64,000 nucleotides of DNA. Origin: an uncultured delta proteobacterium. Lineage in GTDB: Bacteria > Myxococcota > Kuafuiibacteriia > Kuafuiibacteriales > Kuafuiibacteriaceae. The position numbers and the translations under genes are program-made. Location: contig CAWDML010000007.1 in the NCBI GenBank assembly GCA_963803435.1, positions 535,167 to 599,166 of the forward strand, written 5' to 3'. Shown in pieces: positions 1 to 15,394 of this stretch; within the stretch, counting starts at the first letter, position 1, and each line of letters starts with the position of its first letter. The notes below the pieces were generated by a model. The model was not told the DNA's origin. It did no database searches and saw only the letters and a list, made by a program, of their open reading frames with translations.

Positions 1-113
1 ACAGCGCAGATACGAGGGGCAATCAGCCCCGCTGGAAAGACCTGTCAACCCAACTTGCACCTGAAAAAATATCGTGCACCGGAAGCTTTCCGGCGCTAGC
101 GTCCGCCCCCGTC

Positions 114-656
114 ATGCGTTCATTCAGACTGTTGGCTCTTCTCCTTCTCATCGGCGGATGCGCCGGATCGAAGAAAGCCGAGAACAAAGGTACCGGCGAA
201 ACCGCCGCCATGGAACAGATCGGACCGGTTCCGATCGCCTCGAAGAGCGGATCGACGCTCACCGGCAATGTCACCATGAAAGAGGTGGCCAACGGCGTGG
301 AGGTCCACGTCGCCGTCGAGAACGCACCTCCTGGCGAGCACGGGGTCCACGTCCACGAGAAGGGCGACTGCAGCGCCGACGACGGCTCCAGCGCAGGCGG
401 TCACTTCAACCCCGAGGGCCATCAGCACGGCCTCCCCGGCGCGGGTGAGCGACACCTCGGCGATCTGGGGAACATGACGGTCGGCGAGGACGGCACCGGC
501 GAGCTGACCTTCACCGCCGAGGGCGCGAACCTCAAGGAGGGCGACCCGAAGTCTTTCCGCGGCAAGGGCCTGATCGTCCACGAAAAGCCCGACACGGGTG
601 GTCAGCCCACGGGCGAGGCCGGCGGGCGGATCGGCTGCGCCGTCCTGGGCGGGTGA
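114..656 (+). CDS. sodC: Cu/Zn superoxide dismutase, lipoprotein
   Basis: Lipobox LIGGC; motifs HGVHVHE, SAGGHFNP, HLGDLGN, IVHEKPD, GEAGGRIGC. Confidence 0.93.
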   Translation: MRSFRLLALLLLIGGCAGSKKAENKGTGETAAMEQIGPVPIASKSGSTLTGNVTMKEVANGVEVHVAVENAPPGEHGVHVHEKGDCSADDGSSAGGHFNPEGHQHGLPGAGERHLGDLGNMTVGEDGTGELTFTAEGANLKEGDPKSFRGKGLIVHEKPDTGGQPTGEAGGRIGCAVLGG

Positions 657-696
657 ACCTTTCGCCTCGGTCCGACCTCACATAGGCTCCGGTGGA

Positions 697-1851
697 ATGG
701 GTCGTCTCGTTCCTACTCTCGTCTACGGCGACCTTCGGGGCGCCGGGCACGAGCTGCTCTCGCGCGGTGATCTCGATCTCCGCTGGGCCCTGACGCTGCA
801 CGAAGCGCTCGCGGTCAGCCGGCGGGTCAAGCTGGACCTGGTGATCGCGAGCGACCAGTTCGCCCTCGCCTACCTCGCGTCCCGGGCCGCCCTGCCGCAT
901 CGGCCGCCGTGCATCGTGCTGCTCGGCGCCGACTACCTGGCGAAGCAGGACGAGCTTCAGGCGGCCGGCGCGACGGTGCTCGTGTCGGCCAGCGATCCCC
1001 GCCGCGTCGTCGAGGCCATCTCCGAGCTCACCGGCCTCACGTTCCGCGATCACCCGCGGGTCCCGCTCCATACGGTGGTCGACGTCCAGATCAAGAACGA
1101 CAACCACTTTCTGAGCACGTTCGACGTCAGCCTCTCCGGCGTCTGCATCCGCGATCTTCCCAACGCCCGCTTCGGCGACAAGGCCACCATCACGTTCGAC
1201 CTGTTCGATCCGCCGCTGACGGTCGACGCCATGGTGGTCCGCGCCTTCAACGTTCCCGAGGCGCGCTGCACCGGGCTCTGCTTCACGGATCTCTCGGACG
1301 CCGATCGATCGCGCATCGCCGAGCTCGTCCGCCAGGAGCTGGCGGGTCTGCCGATGTTCACCACCACCGACATCGGCGCCCTTCCGGGCGACCGCACCAT
1401 CGATCTGCTCACCGCGTTGGGGCGGCAGAGCGACGCCGGGCTGTCGGAGTATCTGTCGATGATCCGATCGATCGTGGACGGGACCCGCGACGACGCGCCG
1501 AGCTGGGTCTTCGAGGTCGCCGCCAAGCTCACCGACACCGAGCGCCGCGCGATCGTCTCCGCGAGCCCGGCGTGGGCGCGGACCGCGGTCGAGCTCCGGA
1601 TCGATCTCAAGCGACAGGTCGTCGATCAGGGCGCCGCCTTCGACGTCACCGCGGCGATGGACTTCTGCAAGCTGATGGCCGCCGACGTCGAGGGCTCGAC
1701 GGACGACGAGGCCGTCGACGCCACCTCGATCCGATCCGCCCTGCTCCGAGGGGTCTACCAGCTTCACCGGCACCAGAAGGAGCGCGAGGCCGTCCGTGCG
1801 AGTCGCGGGGCCACGAGCAAGAAGAAGGGCTCGCCGAAGCGACCCGCCTGA
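697..1851 (+). CDS. PilZ-domain protein with degenerate receiver-like N-terminus
   Basis: RDHPR (RxxxR) and DVSLSG (DxSxxG) PilZ motifs; ATG at 697 chosen within ORF 598..1851. Confidence 0.7.
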   Translation: MGRLVPTLVYGDLRGAGHELLSRGDLDLRWALTLHEALAVSRRVKLDLVIASDQFALAYLASRAALPHRPPCIVLLGADYLAKQDELQAAGATVLVSASDPRRVVEAISELTGLTFRDHPRVPLHTVVDVQIKNDNHFLSTFDVSLSGVCIRDLPNARFGDKATITFDLFDPPLTVDAMVVRAFNVPEARCTGLCFTDLSDADRSRIAELVRQELAGLPMFTTTDIGALPGDRTIDLLTALGRQSDAGLSEYLSMIRSIVDGTRDDAPSWVFEVAAKLTDTERRAIVSASPAWARTAVELRIDLKRQVVDQGAAFDVTAAMDFCKLMAADVEGSTDDEAVDATSIRSALLRGVYQLHRHQKEREAVRASRGATSKKKGSPKRPA

Positions 1852-1866
1852 GGTACAGCCCACTGC

Positions 1867-3594
<1,728 letters not shown>

Positions 3595-3634
3595 CGCAAC
3601 TTCCGCCGACGCCCGCCGATAACCTCGATCGCAG

Positions 3635-3853
3635 ATGGAGACCCGCCTCCACACCTCCACCGCTGGCGCCGCCGCCATCGACGACGCGTCGAGCGGTTCC
3701 GGGTTCCGGTTCGACCAGCTGACCGGCGGGCTTCCGCTCTTCAAGCTCAAGGTCGGCCTCGACCGGGAAGGCCTCATCGGCGCGCTGGCCGCCGCCTATC
3801 TGCGCGTCGAGAACGGCGTGAACGAGCGCCTCAAGTCGATCATGGGGGCGTGA
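3635..3853 (+). CDS. Small hypothetical protein
   Basis: 72-aa ORF with GC3-biased codons, co-oriented in gene run. Confidence 0.5.
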   Translation: METRLHTSTAGAAAIDDASSGSGFRFDQLTGGLPLFKLKVGLDREGLIGALAAAYLRVENGVNERLKSIMGA

Positions 3854-3860
3854 CGGCCGC

Positions 3861-4301
3861 GTGGACCTCTCCTGGCTGTCCGAGCTCTTCGAGCAGCGCG
3901 ACCCGACCGGCGAGCCCCGCTACTCACACCGCGAGATCGAAGACCTGATCGCCACGATCCTCCTCACGATCGGCTTCGACCCTAGGACCACGCCCCCGGT
4001 ACTGCTCGGGATCATCGAGGCGTTCGCAGAGCGCGCCGGCGTCACACCGGGCGAAGCGCGCGAGGCGTCGCAGGAGAAGATCGAAAGTTATCTCCGTCAG
4101 AGCCCGCTCCGTCCCGAGCTCACGGTCGCCTTCCAGCAGCATCTTCGCGAGAGCTTCGCCCGCAAGGACACCGGTGCACTCGAGCAAGCGTTCGCGCGCT
4201 TCGCGGCGACGGATCTCTCGAAGCGTGCGCCCGATCGCAAACGCACGGAGGGATCGGTACCCGGTTACCTCGCGATGCTCGCGCACCGAGATATCGACTA
4301 G
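3861..4301 (+). CDS. Hypothetical protein
   Basis: 146-aa ORF 7 nt after previous stop, normal composition. Confidence 0.6.
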   Translation: MDLSWLSELFEQRDPTGEPRYSHREIEDLIATILLTIGFDPRTTPPVLLGIIEAFAERAGVTPGEAREASQEKIESYLRQSPLRPELTVAFQQHLRESFARKDTGALEQAFARFAATDLSKRAPDRKRTEGSVPGYLAMLAHRDID

Positions 4302-4396
4302 TCGGTGCAAGACGGGTTGACGCGCGTCCTTGTCGCGTCGAGCCCGACTGTGTTTATTCGCGCTCCATAACCTTCGGATAGGAACGGGCGAGAGGA

Positions 4397-7506
<3,110 letters not shown>

Positions 7507-7513
7507 CCAGGCT

Positions 7514-8932
7514 TCACTGAGCACCGTCGTCGAGCAGCCGCTCGAGATCCTTCACGTACGCCTCCGAGCGAGGGAGGTCGCCGCGCGCAAAGGCGCGGTC
7601 GGCCCGCTCGAGCAGCTCCAGCGCTTCCTCCGCCCGCGGCGATCCCGCGATCATCCGGGCGGCGCCGTCGAGACGCGCCGAGACGTTGCGCAGGCGTTCG
7701 AAGCGGTCGCTCTGGACCGGCGCCGACAGCAGCCCCAGGACAACGGCCAGCGCGAGGGCTCCCGCCAGCCCGAGCTCCCGCTTCCGCTTCGATCGCCGCC
7801 GCGACACCGGGCGCGCCGGAGGGTTCGGCGACGGCGGCGGCATCTCCGGCGGGGGGGGCGGCGGGGGGATCCGCGCCAGCAGCCGCGGCGCCGTTCCAGC
7901 GTCAGCGAGGACGATCATCGACTCCTTGCGAGGCGAGATCGACTCGAGATCGATCAGCGCGACCGCGCGGGTGGTGGCCTCGTCGCGCGCCCTCTCCTGC
8001 TCGAAGTGCCGCGACAGCCAGCGGCCGAGCTGCACGCTGGACGCGAGGCACCCGACGCTCTCCGCCACGGTGGTGAGAAGGTTCTTGAGCTCGGCCGCGT
8101 TCTGCGGGCGCCGGTCGGCGTCGTGCGCCAGCATTCGATCGATCAGATCCGTGAGCCACGGCGGCGCGTCGGGCCGAAGCTCGGCGGCGGGGCGGGGCGT
8201 CTGGCCCATCGCCTTCATCACCATCACCCGCGCGGCGCCCGGAAAGGGGCTGGCACCCGTGAGCAAGCGATAGGCGACGCCGCCGAGCCCATAGATGTCG
8301 ACGGTGGGCGCGAGATCGTCGCCGCGCAGGAACTCCGGGGCGACGTAGGCGGGCGTCCCCACCACCGTCCCCGGCTGCGTGAGGCCGAGGCCCATCGACA
8401 TCAGCGAGCGCGCGACGCCGAAGTCGGTGACCTTGACCTCGCCGTCGTAGCCAATCAGCACGTTGCCGGGCGTGACGTCGCGATGGAGCAAGCTGAGATG
8501 TTCCCCGTGCTCGTCGCAGGCGCTGTGCAGATATGCGAGCGCCGAGAGCACGTCGACCATCATGCGAGTCACGAAGCGCGGAGGGACCTGGATACGCCGT
8601 TCGTTGAGGCGATCCGACAGCTCGGCGGCGCTGCGGCCGACGATCGGCTCCAGCGCGAGATACCGCCGCGCACCGACCTCACCCGCGTGCAGCGACTGCA
8701 CGACGTTCGGATGCATCAACCTCACGGCGAGCTCGGCCTCGTGCTTGAAGCGCTCGAGCGGCACGATGCCGCCCAGGTCCGGGCGAAGGCGCTTTACCAC
8801 CACCACCGGGAAGCTTTCCAGCGGGGAGCGGGCGAAGAAGAGCTCGCCCATACCTCCGCGATGGATCAGCTTCGCCAGCACGAACGGCCCGAAACGCTCG
8901 GGGAGCTCGGGCGGTCGTTCGTCGTCGATCAC
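7514..8932 (-). CDS. Hanks-type Ser/Thr protein kinase, membrane-anchored
   Basis: RGGMGEL, VVVK, HRDVTPGNVL, DFG, GTPAYVAPE, DIYGLG; Pro-rich linker and TM segment. Confidence 0.92.
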   Translation of the reverse strand: MIDDERPPELPERFGPFVLAKLIHRGGMGELFFARSPLESFPVVVVKRLRPDLGGIVPLERFKHEAELAVRLMHPNVVQSLHAGEVGARRYLALEPIVGRSAAELSDRLNERRIQVPPRFVTRMMVDVLSALAYLHSACDEHGEHLSLLHRDVTPGNVLIGYDGEVKVTDFGVARSLMSMGLGLTQPGTVVGTPAYVAPEFLRGDDLAPTVDIYGLGGVAYRLLTGASPFPGAARVMVMKAMGQTPRPAAELRPDAPPWLTDLIDRMLAHDADRRPQNAAELKNLLTTVAESVGCLASSVQLGRWLSRHFEQERARDEATTRAVALIDLESISPRKESMIVLADAGTAPRLLARIPPPPPPPEMPPPSPNPPARPVSRRRSKRKRELGLAGALALAVVLGLLSAPVQSDRFERLRNVSARLDGAARMIAGSPRAEEALELLERADRAFARGDLPRSEAYVKDLERLLDDGAQ

Positions 8933-9566
8933 TCACCGCTCCGGTTCGAACGGTTGGCGTTGACCGCGTCGATCCTCCGGCGAGCCCCGATCGCGTCCCC
9001 GGCGAAGGCCGCCACCTCGGCCTCGCGCTGCAGACGGACCACCTCGTCGGGCACGTCGATCCCGAGCCGGCGAGCGGCCTCGAGACTACGGGCGCTCTTC
9101 CAGACTCGCTGATAGGTGACCTGATCGCGGCGCATACGCTCCGCCAGCGCGGGCACCACACGCGCGCCGATGAACCCGCCGAGCTGGGCGGCGATCGAAG
9201 CGGCCAGCGCAACCACCAGCCAGCGGATGATCCGGCGGAGAGAGCGCGTCTCGTCCGCCCGGATCGAGGGCCTGGGACGGCCGACGACGAACTCGCGGCT
9301 CTCGTCCCAGGTCGCGAAGATCTGCGGGTCCTCGGGCCGGGGGGCATTCCGCGAGGGGACCACGCCGGGAGGGAGCAGGAGGTCAACCGTGGGGCGCTGG
9401 TCGAGATCGAGCGTTCGGGGCGCTTCCAGCTCGGCGTCGACCAGCGTCGGGGGTCCCTCCAGCTTCGCCGGTTCCTGTGCCTCGGTGTCGAGATCGGGGA
9501 TCCGGTGCCCCACGAGCGCCTCTCTCTCAGCCACTGTCCCATGGCCGGGAGCGGCGACGCAATTCA
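8929..9566 (-). CDS. Hypothetical membrane protein coupled to kinase (start uncertain)
   Basis: 3' part of ORF 8929..10410; TM IIRWLVVALAASIAAQLGGFIGA; GTGA overlap with kinase start. Confidence 0.5.
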
Positions 9567-9879
9567 TACTCCTGGTGTGTCCGACCGCCGCCGCACGCTC
9601 GTCCTCGCCCTCACCGCCGGGTTGGTGGCGTTTGCGACCGCGATCGCCGCGTCGTGGCCTTGGGGGACGCAGCCTGGTGATCCCAGGTGGGAGATGATCC
9701 GTCAGCGCGCCGAGGTCGCGAAAGACACGGTCGAGAACCGACGCCGGCACGGACAACCGATCTCGAAGGCGCTGCTCGACGCCGAGATCGAGATGGAGTC
9801 CGAGCTGGCGACGCAAGACGACTTGCCGGCGGCTGGCCGCGCGCTCCACGGTCTCGAGGACGCGCTCCGCTCCGAGTGA
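9505..9879 (+). CDS. Hypothetical single-TM protein (start probably near 9575)
   Basis: TM TLVLALTAGLVAFATAIAA followed by helical region. Confidence 0.45.
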   Translation: MPHERLSLSHCPMAGSGDAIHTPGVSDRRRTLVLALTAGLVAFATAIAASWPWGTQPGDPRWEMIRQRAEVAKDTVENRRRHGQPISKALLDAEIEMESELATQDDLPAAGRALHGLEDALRSE

Positions 9880-9957
9880 GAGCGCCCACATCCAAGAAAT
9901 TCTGCGCCCTGTCGATCGGGGGCGGGCTCGAACGTCGTCGGGTTGAAGGAGCAAATC

Positions 9958-10584
9958 ATGACCACTGTGACCCTCTTCGGCCCCCCTCAGAGCAGCTACG
10001 TGCGGACGGCCCGCATGACCTGCGTCGAGAAGGGCATCGAACATCGCCTCGAGCCCGTCGACCTCGGCAGTGATGCCCACCGGGCCCTCCACGCTTGGGG
10101 GAAGGTCCCGATCCTCGAGGACGGATCGTTCCGGCTCATCGAGACCAGCGCCATCTGCCGCTATCTCGACGAAGCGTTCCCGGGGCCCGCGCTGACGCCG
10201 AAGGACCCGAAGGCGCGCGCCACCATGGAGCAGTGGATCAGCGTCCTCGACTGCTACCTGTACGAGGATCTGATCAAGAGCTACGCGCTCCAATACATCT
10301 TTCCGCGCGGGGCCGACGGCAAGCCCAACCGCGAAGTGATCGATCCTGCGGTGAAGCGGATGGAGCGGGATCTCGACCAGCTGGAGCGCGCGCTGGAGGG
10401 CCACACCCACGTGGTGGGACAGACGCTCTCGCTGGCGGACCTCTTCTACGCGCCGGTGCTCTTCACGACCTCCCTCTTCCCCGAGGGTAAGGAGGCCATC
10501 CGCTCGCGTTCCAACGTTCAGAGGCTGATGGAGCGGCTGGTGGAGCGGCCCTCGTTCCGGCAGGTCCAGCCCCCGCCGCGCTGA
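9958..10584 (+). CDS. Glutathione S-transferase family protein
   Basis: WGKVPILEDG, LIETSAICRYL, LSLADL; RBS GGAG before ATG 9958. Confidence 0.9.
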   Translation: MTTVTLFGPPQSSYVRTARMTCVEKGIEHRLEPVDLGSDAHRALHAWGKVPILEDGSFRLIETSAICRYLDEAFPGPALTPKDPKARATMEQWISVLDCYLYEDLIKSYALQYIFPRGADGKPNREVIDPAVKRMERDLDQLERALEGHTHVVGQTLSLADLFYAPVLFTTSLFPEGKEAIRSRSNVQRLMERLVERPSFRQVQPPPR

Positions 10585-10590
10585 GACGGC

Positions 10591-11085
10591 TCACTCGTCG
10601 TCGTTCTTGAGGAGCCGATCGAGGGCCGAGTCCATCGCCTTCTCGGTGCGGACATCGGTCTTCTTCTTCCGGCGCCGGACCACCTTCTTCTTCGGCCGAG
10701 GCGGCGGCGGCGGCGGCAGGGCCGCGGTGGCCTTCGCCTCGACGGGAGCCGGCTCGACGACCTTGGGCGGCGGGGCCGGGGGCGGTGCGACCGGCGGGGG
10801 CGCGACGGCCGGCGGCGGCGGGGCCGGCACCTTCGCGATCTCGCTCTTCGCGGGCGGTGGCGCGATGACGGCCTCCGCCTTCTCGGGCTCGTTGCGGGTC
10901 AGCCAGAAGGCGGCGCCGCCCAGGGCCAGGAGGCCGGCGAGGATGCCGCCGATGATCAGCGGCATGTTGCTCGTGCTCGGTCGCTCCGGACGGCGGTGGC
11001 GCGCCAGGTGCTCGTCCGGGAGCGCCACCAGGTCGCCGAGCGCGGGTCCTGACTCGAGCTCGTCCTGCCCCCGCTTCGAACCCAT
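10591..11085 (-). CDS. Pro-rich single-TM protein
   Basis: TM LIIGGILAGLLALGGAAFWL, then Pro/Ala-rich region and basic tail. Confidence 0.65.
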   Translation of the reverse strand: MGSKRGQDELESGPALGDLVALPDEHLARHRRPERPSTSNMPLIIGGILAGLLALGGAAFWLTRNEPEKAEAVIAPPPAKSEIAKVPAPPPPAVAPPPVAPPPAPPPKVVEPAPVEAKATAALPPPPPPRPKKKVVRRRKKKTDVRTEKAMDSALDRLLKNDDE

Positions 11086-11173
11086 GGCTGACCGACTCTA
11101 CCCTCGACGAGCGTCGGTTCAAAGGGTACCCGCGCCCTTTGCGTCGGCGCGAGCTGGGGATTGCCTGTGCGCC

Positions 11174-12664
11174 TCACGCCTTCCGCATGGCCGGCACGTC
11201 CGGGAGGTTGGTCCCGGCGGTGTCGATGCCGAGGGCTTGCACCAGCCCCGCGAACATCTCGGCCTCGGCGGTGTTGCGACTTGGATCGGGCGCGCCTGTC
11301 CGGAGGTCGAAGCCGTAGGTCAACCCGGTGCTCGGGTCGACGCCACCGAGGACCGTGTTTCCGTTGACCAGGGGAGAGATCACCATCGAACCGTTGTTGA
11401 GGTGATGCGAGGTACCGAAGTCGGTCGCGTTCGTCGGCCGCTTCTTGTCGCGACCGAAGTCGGTCGCCACGTAGATCATCGATCGATCCCAGAAGCTGAC
11501 TCCGTTCTCCAGCTCCTCCCCCTTGAGGAGATCGATCAGGCCGTCGGCGACCTTCATCAGGCGACTCCACATCAGCGCCTGGGTGGCGCGATGTGACTGG
11601 TGGGAGAAGTCGAACGCGATCGGAGGATTGATCAGGTCGCCCTCGGCCAGCCCACCGCCGCCCAGGCTGGCGCCGTCCGCCAGCGTGGCGTTGAAGCTCG
11701 GTCCGATCGTGACCGTCACGGAGACGCGGTTCTTCAGCAGCAGGAACGCCAGCGCGGCCTGCGCCTCCAGCGGATCCTGATCGAAGTTGGGGAACTTCGC
11801 GCGCACCTGGGCGCCGCTGGGCGACTCGTCGAGGCCGTGCGCCTTGAGCGGATACTGGGGCGAGTCCGAGAACAGCATCAGCTTGGTGATCAGGTCGTCC
11901 ATCTCGAGCCGGCCGGTCGCCTGGCGCTGGGCCTGCCAGAGCTGGAGCCGGGGGCTGCTCTTGAAGATCCGGAAGAAGCGCGACTCGGGATCGAGCTTCT
12001 CGTTGCGGAGCTTGCGAGCCATCTCGATGAAGCGGCGATCGGGGACGTCGAGGCCGCGGCTGCCGTCGAGGGCCAGCGGCCAGAGCGCCGGCTGGGCCAC
12101 CGGCTCGCCGAAGCACCAGTCCGGGATCGTCTTGTCGTTACCGCGCTCGATGTACGAGGTACCGGTCGCCATCGCCACGTTGGGGATCGCGTAACCCTCG
12201 CCGTAGTTGAGGGCGACCAGCTCCTGGAGCGTGCGCCCGGACCAGGCCTCGTTGCCGGTGATCGCCCGCTTCTGGGCGATGCCGTGGTTGACGCTGGTGC
12301 CGGTCAGCGTCGCGATCATGATGTCCTGCTGGTGCTTCCGGACGAAGTCCGACTGCACCGCGCGATAGGGCACCGGGATCGCGCCCACCGAGTCGCCCGA
12401 GCTGTCCACCGCGCGCAGCGGCGAGCCCTCGATCCCGACCACCAGGTTGTCCGGGTAGGCGTTGATCACCGAGGCGTTCGGGGACTCCGACTCGCGGATG
12501 GCGAGCATGCTGTCGATGAGCGAGGCTCCCCCGCTGCCCGTGAGCACGATCAGGAAGCGCGGCTCCTTGGTCTGGGCCCGGGACACGCGCGGGAGGAGAG
12601 CGGTGGCGCCGCCGGCGGCGACGAGCGACATGCCCTTGAGTAGCTGGCGTCGGTCGAGTTTCAT
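11174..12664 (-). CDS. Tat-exported DUF1501/DUF1552-like protein
   Basis: Twin-arginine signal DRRQLLKG; FDFSHQSH, IYVATDFGR, GTSHH, VLGG motifs. Confidence 0.65.
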   Translation of the reverse strand: MKLDRRQLLKGMSLVAAGGATALLPRVSRAQTKEPRFLIVLTGSGGASLIDSMLAIRESESPNASVINAYPDNLVVGIEGSPLRAVDSSGDSVGAIPVPYRAVQSDFVRKHQQDIMIATLTGTSVNHGIAQKRAITGNEAWSGRTLQELVALNYGEGYAIPNVAMATGTSYIERGNDKTIPDWCFGEPVAQPALWPLALDGSRGLDVPDRRFIEMARKLRNEKLDPESRFFRIFKSSPRLQLWQAQRQATGRLEMDDLITKLMLFSDSPQYPLKAHGLDESPSGAQVRAKFPNFDQDPLEAQAALAFLLLKNRVSVTVTIGPSFNATLADGASLGGGGLAEGDLINPPIAFDFSHQSHRATQALMWSRLMKVADGLIDLLKGEELENGVSFWDRSMIYVATDFGRDKKRPTNATDFGTSHHLNNGSMVISPLVNGNTVLGGVDPSTGLTYGFDLRTGAPDPSRNTAEAEMFAGLVQALGIDTAGTNLPDVPAMRKA

Positions 12665-12674
12665 CGTTTCCTCC

Positions 12675-13313
12675 CTAGTAGAAGAGCGCCTCGGTGGTGG
12701 TGGCGACGGCGAAGCAGCTCATCGCCGCCCAGCTCTCGTCGAGCTTGGGGTCACCGACCTCCTCCATCGAGTGATAGAGCGCCTCCAGGTGCTCGATCTC
12801 GCGCGGCTCGGGGTCGCGCTGGAGGAGCTGCTGGTAGAGCTTGGTGGTCGAGGCCGCCCGATCGGCGCCGAAGATCCGGGCCGAGGCGGGCGCCGCCAGG
12901 TCTTCGCGGGCCCGCCGGGTGCACGCGGACAGCGCCACCCGCTCCACGGCGATCGGCGACGACACCACGGTGTTGTCGAGCGGCTCGATGATCCCGGTCT
13001 GGTACGGCTCGACGTCGAGCAGCGAGATCCGGTGCACCATGGAGACGCAGTCGTAGAGCCCGAGCTCCTTGCAGAGCACATCCTTCGCGATGCCGAGGCC
13101 GGTCGACAGCAGCGTCGCGTAGACCGGCCCGCCCTTGAAGCGAAGGCGGGCCTTGCTCGACTCCACCACCGGCGGGAGGCCGTCCGGGTCGACGCCGCCG
13201 TCGGGATCCGAGCCGACCACACCGCCGTCCGGAGACGTGACTGCGGTGCCTCTGGCGGTGCAGCCGATCAGAAGAGCAAGAAGACTTGCAGCGAGGATCT
13301 CTTTACGGAACAC
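12675..13313 (-). CDS. Lipoprotein of a three-gene secreted module
   Basis: Lipobox LLIGC; QLLQRDPEPREI and SCFAVATTTEALFY C-terminus. Confidence 0.65.
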   Translation of the reverse strand: MFRKEILAASLLALLIGCTARGTAVTSPDGGVVGSDPDGGVDPDGLPPVVESSKARLRFKGGPVYATLLSTGLGIAKDVLCKELGLYDCVSMVHRISLLDVEPYQTGIIEPLDNTVVSSPIAVERVALSACTRRAREDLAAPASARIFGADRAASTTKLYQQLLQRDPEPREIEHLEALYHSMEEVGDPKLDESWAAMSCFAVATTTEALFY

Positions 13314-14730
13314 CGTACGCCTCCGTCATGATCAGGTCGTGGAGCATCCGCTCGACGCCGTACTGGTGGTCGCTCTTGAAGCTCGTCCAGAGCTGCTCGA
13401 ACTCGGCCATCTCGGTGGGACGCGGCGGCTCACCCAACAGGTGACGCCAGTAGTCGAGCACCGTCGCCTGCGCGAACTGATCGCTGTCCGCGGCGACCTG
13501 CGCCCACTCGTTCAGGTTGGCGACCGTCCGCCCGAAGATGACACCGGCCTCCGGGGTCTGCCGCAGCGGATCGCTGGCTCCGTCCGCCAGGTTGTTCATC
13601 CGGTTCGGGACGTACGAGAACGGGGTCCCGCCGTTGAACCCGGAGTAGCGGGTGAAGGGGTACGTCAGCGGATCGAGCGTCGCGTGGCAGCGGGCGCACA
13701 GCGGCTGGGTCACGCCCTTCCGGTCGTAGTCGACCGGCTCGCCGTCGACGGAGGCGAGGCCCTCGCTTCGCGCGATGTCGAGGCCGAGATAGGCCCGGTA
13801 GGCCTGGGCCGCCGTGGTCCGCGGAACGGCCGTGAACATGGTGTTGAGCACGAAGTTCCAGCGGGTAGTGAGCATGCCGGAGCGACGGTCGGGGACCACC
13901 AGCTGCGCGACGTCGAAGCCCCGCTGGTTGACCTCCTCGAGCGGCGTCGACATGTACGGCTGGTAGCTGGTCGGCCCGGTCCGGCGGACGAAGTACTTCG
14001 CCGTCAGGACCTCGCGGGCGTCGTGGTTGTCGATCTGCGTCCAGACGAAGAGCGCGTAGTCGTCGTCGTAGTCTCCGAGCGGGATGTCGCCCGCGCCCTC
14101 GCCCGACTTGATCGACTGTACCGGTTTGATCTTCCGGTGCGCGATCCGATAGAGCGCGCCGTCCTTGCCGAGCCAGGCTTCGCTATCGAGGCAGCGATCG
14201 AGCGTGGCGTGGATCTCGGCGATGGGATCCGCCAACCCTGCGAACGACTTCAGCTGATCGTAGGTCACGGTATCGCCGCAGAAGTCGACGTGCACCTTCT
14301 CGAAGACGTAGCGCGCGTCCCAGCGGCAGACGTCATAGCCGGCGTTCGCCTCGCTCGAGGCGGGGCAGCCCGCCTTCCCCGGGATGCTCTTCGGATCGGC
14401 GGGATAGGTACCGCCGGTGATCTCGTCGAGGTTCGTGAAACCGTCGCCGTCGGAGTCGAGACCCTCCACCGCGTGAAGGGCGGCAGGGAGGCCCTCGGCG
14501 TAGAGCGCGTCCGAGAGGGGGCGCGGCGTGCCGGGGAGGAGCTCGGCCTCCACCGAGCGCCCGAAGGCGTTACGGGCAGGGGGCGTGGTGTGGCAGAAGG
14601 TGCACGCAGGTTGCCCACCCAAGCACACCGGTGCGTCGGGGTACTCGCCGCAGAGCACGGTCGGTCCGATCGGCTTGGCGAGGGCCGATCCGCTCCACAA
14701 GAGCCCGCAGAGCGTGAGCAGCTTTCTCAT
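13303..14730 (-). CDS. Secreted di-heme c-type cytochrome-like protein
   Basis: Signal peptide (ALA-K); CxxCH motifs CTFCH and CARCH; Ca-binding-like DSDGDGFTNLDE. Confidence 0.7.
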   Translation of the reverse strand: MRKLLTLCGLLWSGSALAKPIGPTVLCGEYPDAPVCLGGQPACTFCHTTPPARNAFGRSVEAELLPGTPRPLSDALYAEGLPAALHAVEGLDSDGDGFTNLDEITGGTYPADPKSIPGKAGCPASSEANAGYDVCRWDARYVFEKVHVDFCGDTVTYDQLKSFAGLADPIAEIHATLDRCLDSEAWLGKDGALYRIAHRKIKPVQSIKSGEGAGDIPLGDYDDDYALFVWTQIDNHDAREVLTAKYFVRRTGPTSYQPYMSTPLEEVNQRGFDVAQLVVPDRRSGMLTTRWNFVLNTMFTAVPRTTAAQAYRAYLGLDIARSEGLASVDGEPVDYDRKGVTQPLCARCHATLDPLTYPFTRYSGFNGGTPFSYVPNRMNNLADGASDPLRQTPEAGVIFGRTVANLNEWAQVAADSDQFAQATVLDYWRHLLGEPPRPTEMAEFEQLWTSFKSDHQYGVERMLHDLIMTEAYGVP

Positions 14731-14884
14731 GTGTGGTGGGACCCGGGCGGGTCCCCGCGCCTGCCAGGAAAAAGGCGCCTGCGGGCGATCACATGGTCTC
14801 GGCCGGGCGCAACCATCCGGTCGATCGCGTGTTGGCTTTTCCTGGCAGATCTTCGGTGGAGGTCCGGTCTATGAGGAAGAAACC

Positions 14885-15394
14885 GTGTCGTCGCTGACGA
14901 TCGAGGACATTGAGCGCCTGTACCATCGTTACGGGCCCAACGTGCTCCATCGCTGTCGACAGCTGCTCAGAGAAGAGCAGGCGGCGTGGGATGCGATGCA
15001 CCAGACGTTCGTCAAAGCGATCAAGTACCGGCGATCCTTCCGGGGCGATGCCGAGCCGATGACGTGGCTCTTCTCGATCGCGACGCGCGTCTGCCTCGAC
15101 GATCTCCGGGCGAGGAGCCGCGGCGCGTTGCCCGACGTCGACACGCCGGAGCCGTCGGACGAGGATCAGGCCGCTCGATCGATGGAAGACCGGCTGCATC
15201 AGCGACAGACGGTGGCGAAGCTCCTGCACTGCTTCAGCGGGAAGGTGCAGGAGATCGTCGTGCTCCGCTACTTCGACGAGCTCGAGGTCAAGGAGATCTC
15301 GGAGCAGACCGGATTGTCGGAGCGAACCGTGGCTCGACGGTTGAGCCACTTCCTGCAGCGCTCGAAGCGGCTGCTCGCGGATGCTCAGGCATGA
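14885..15394 (+). CDS. ECF RNA polymerase sigma factor
   Basis: DAMHQTF, TWLFSIATRVCLD (region 2), VLRYFDELEVKEISEQTG...TVARRL (region 4); GTG start after GAGGAAG. Confidence 0.9.
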   Translation: MSSLTIEDIERLYHRYGPNVLHRCRQLLREEQAAWDAMHQTFVKAIKYRRSFRGDAEPMTWLFSIATRVCLDDLRARSRGALPDVDTPEPSDEDQAARSMEDRLHQRQTVAKLLHCFSGKVQEIVVLRYFDELEVKEISEQTGLSERTVARRLSHFLQRSKRLLADAQA

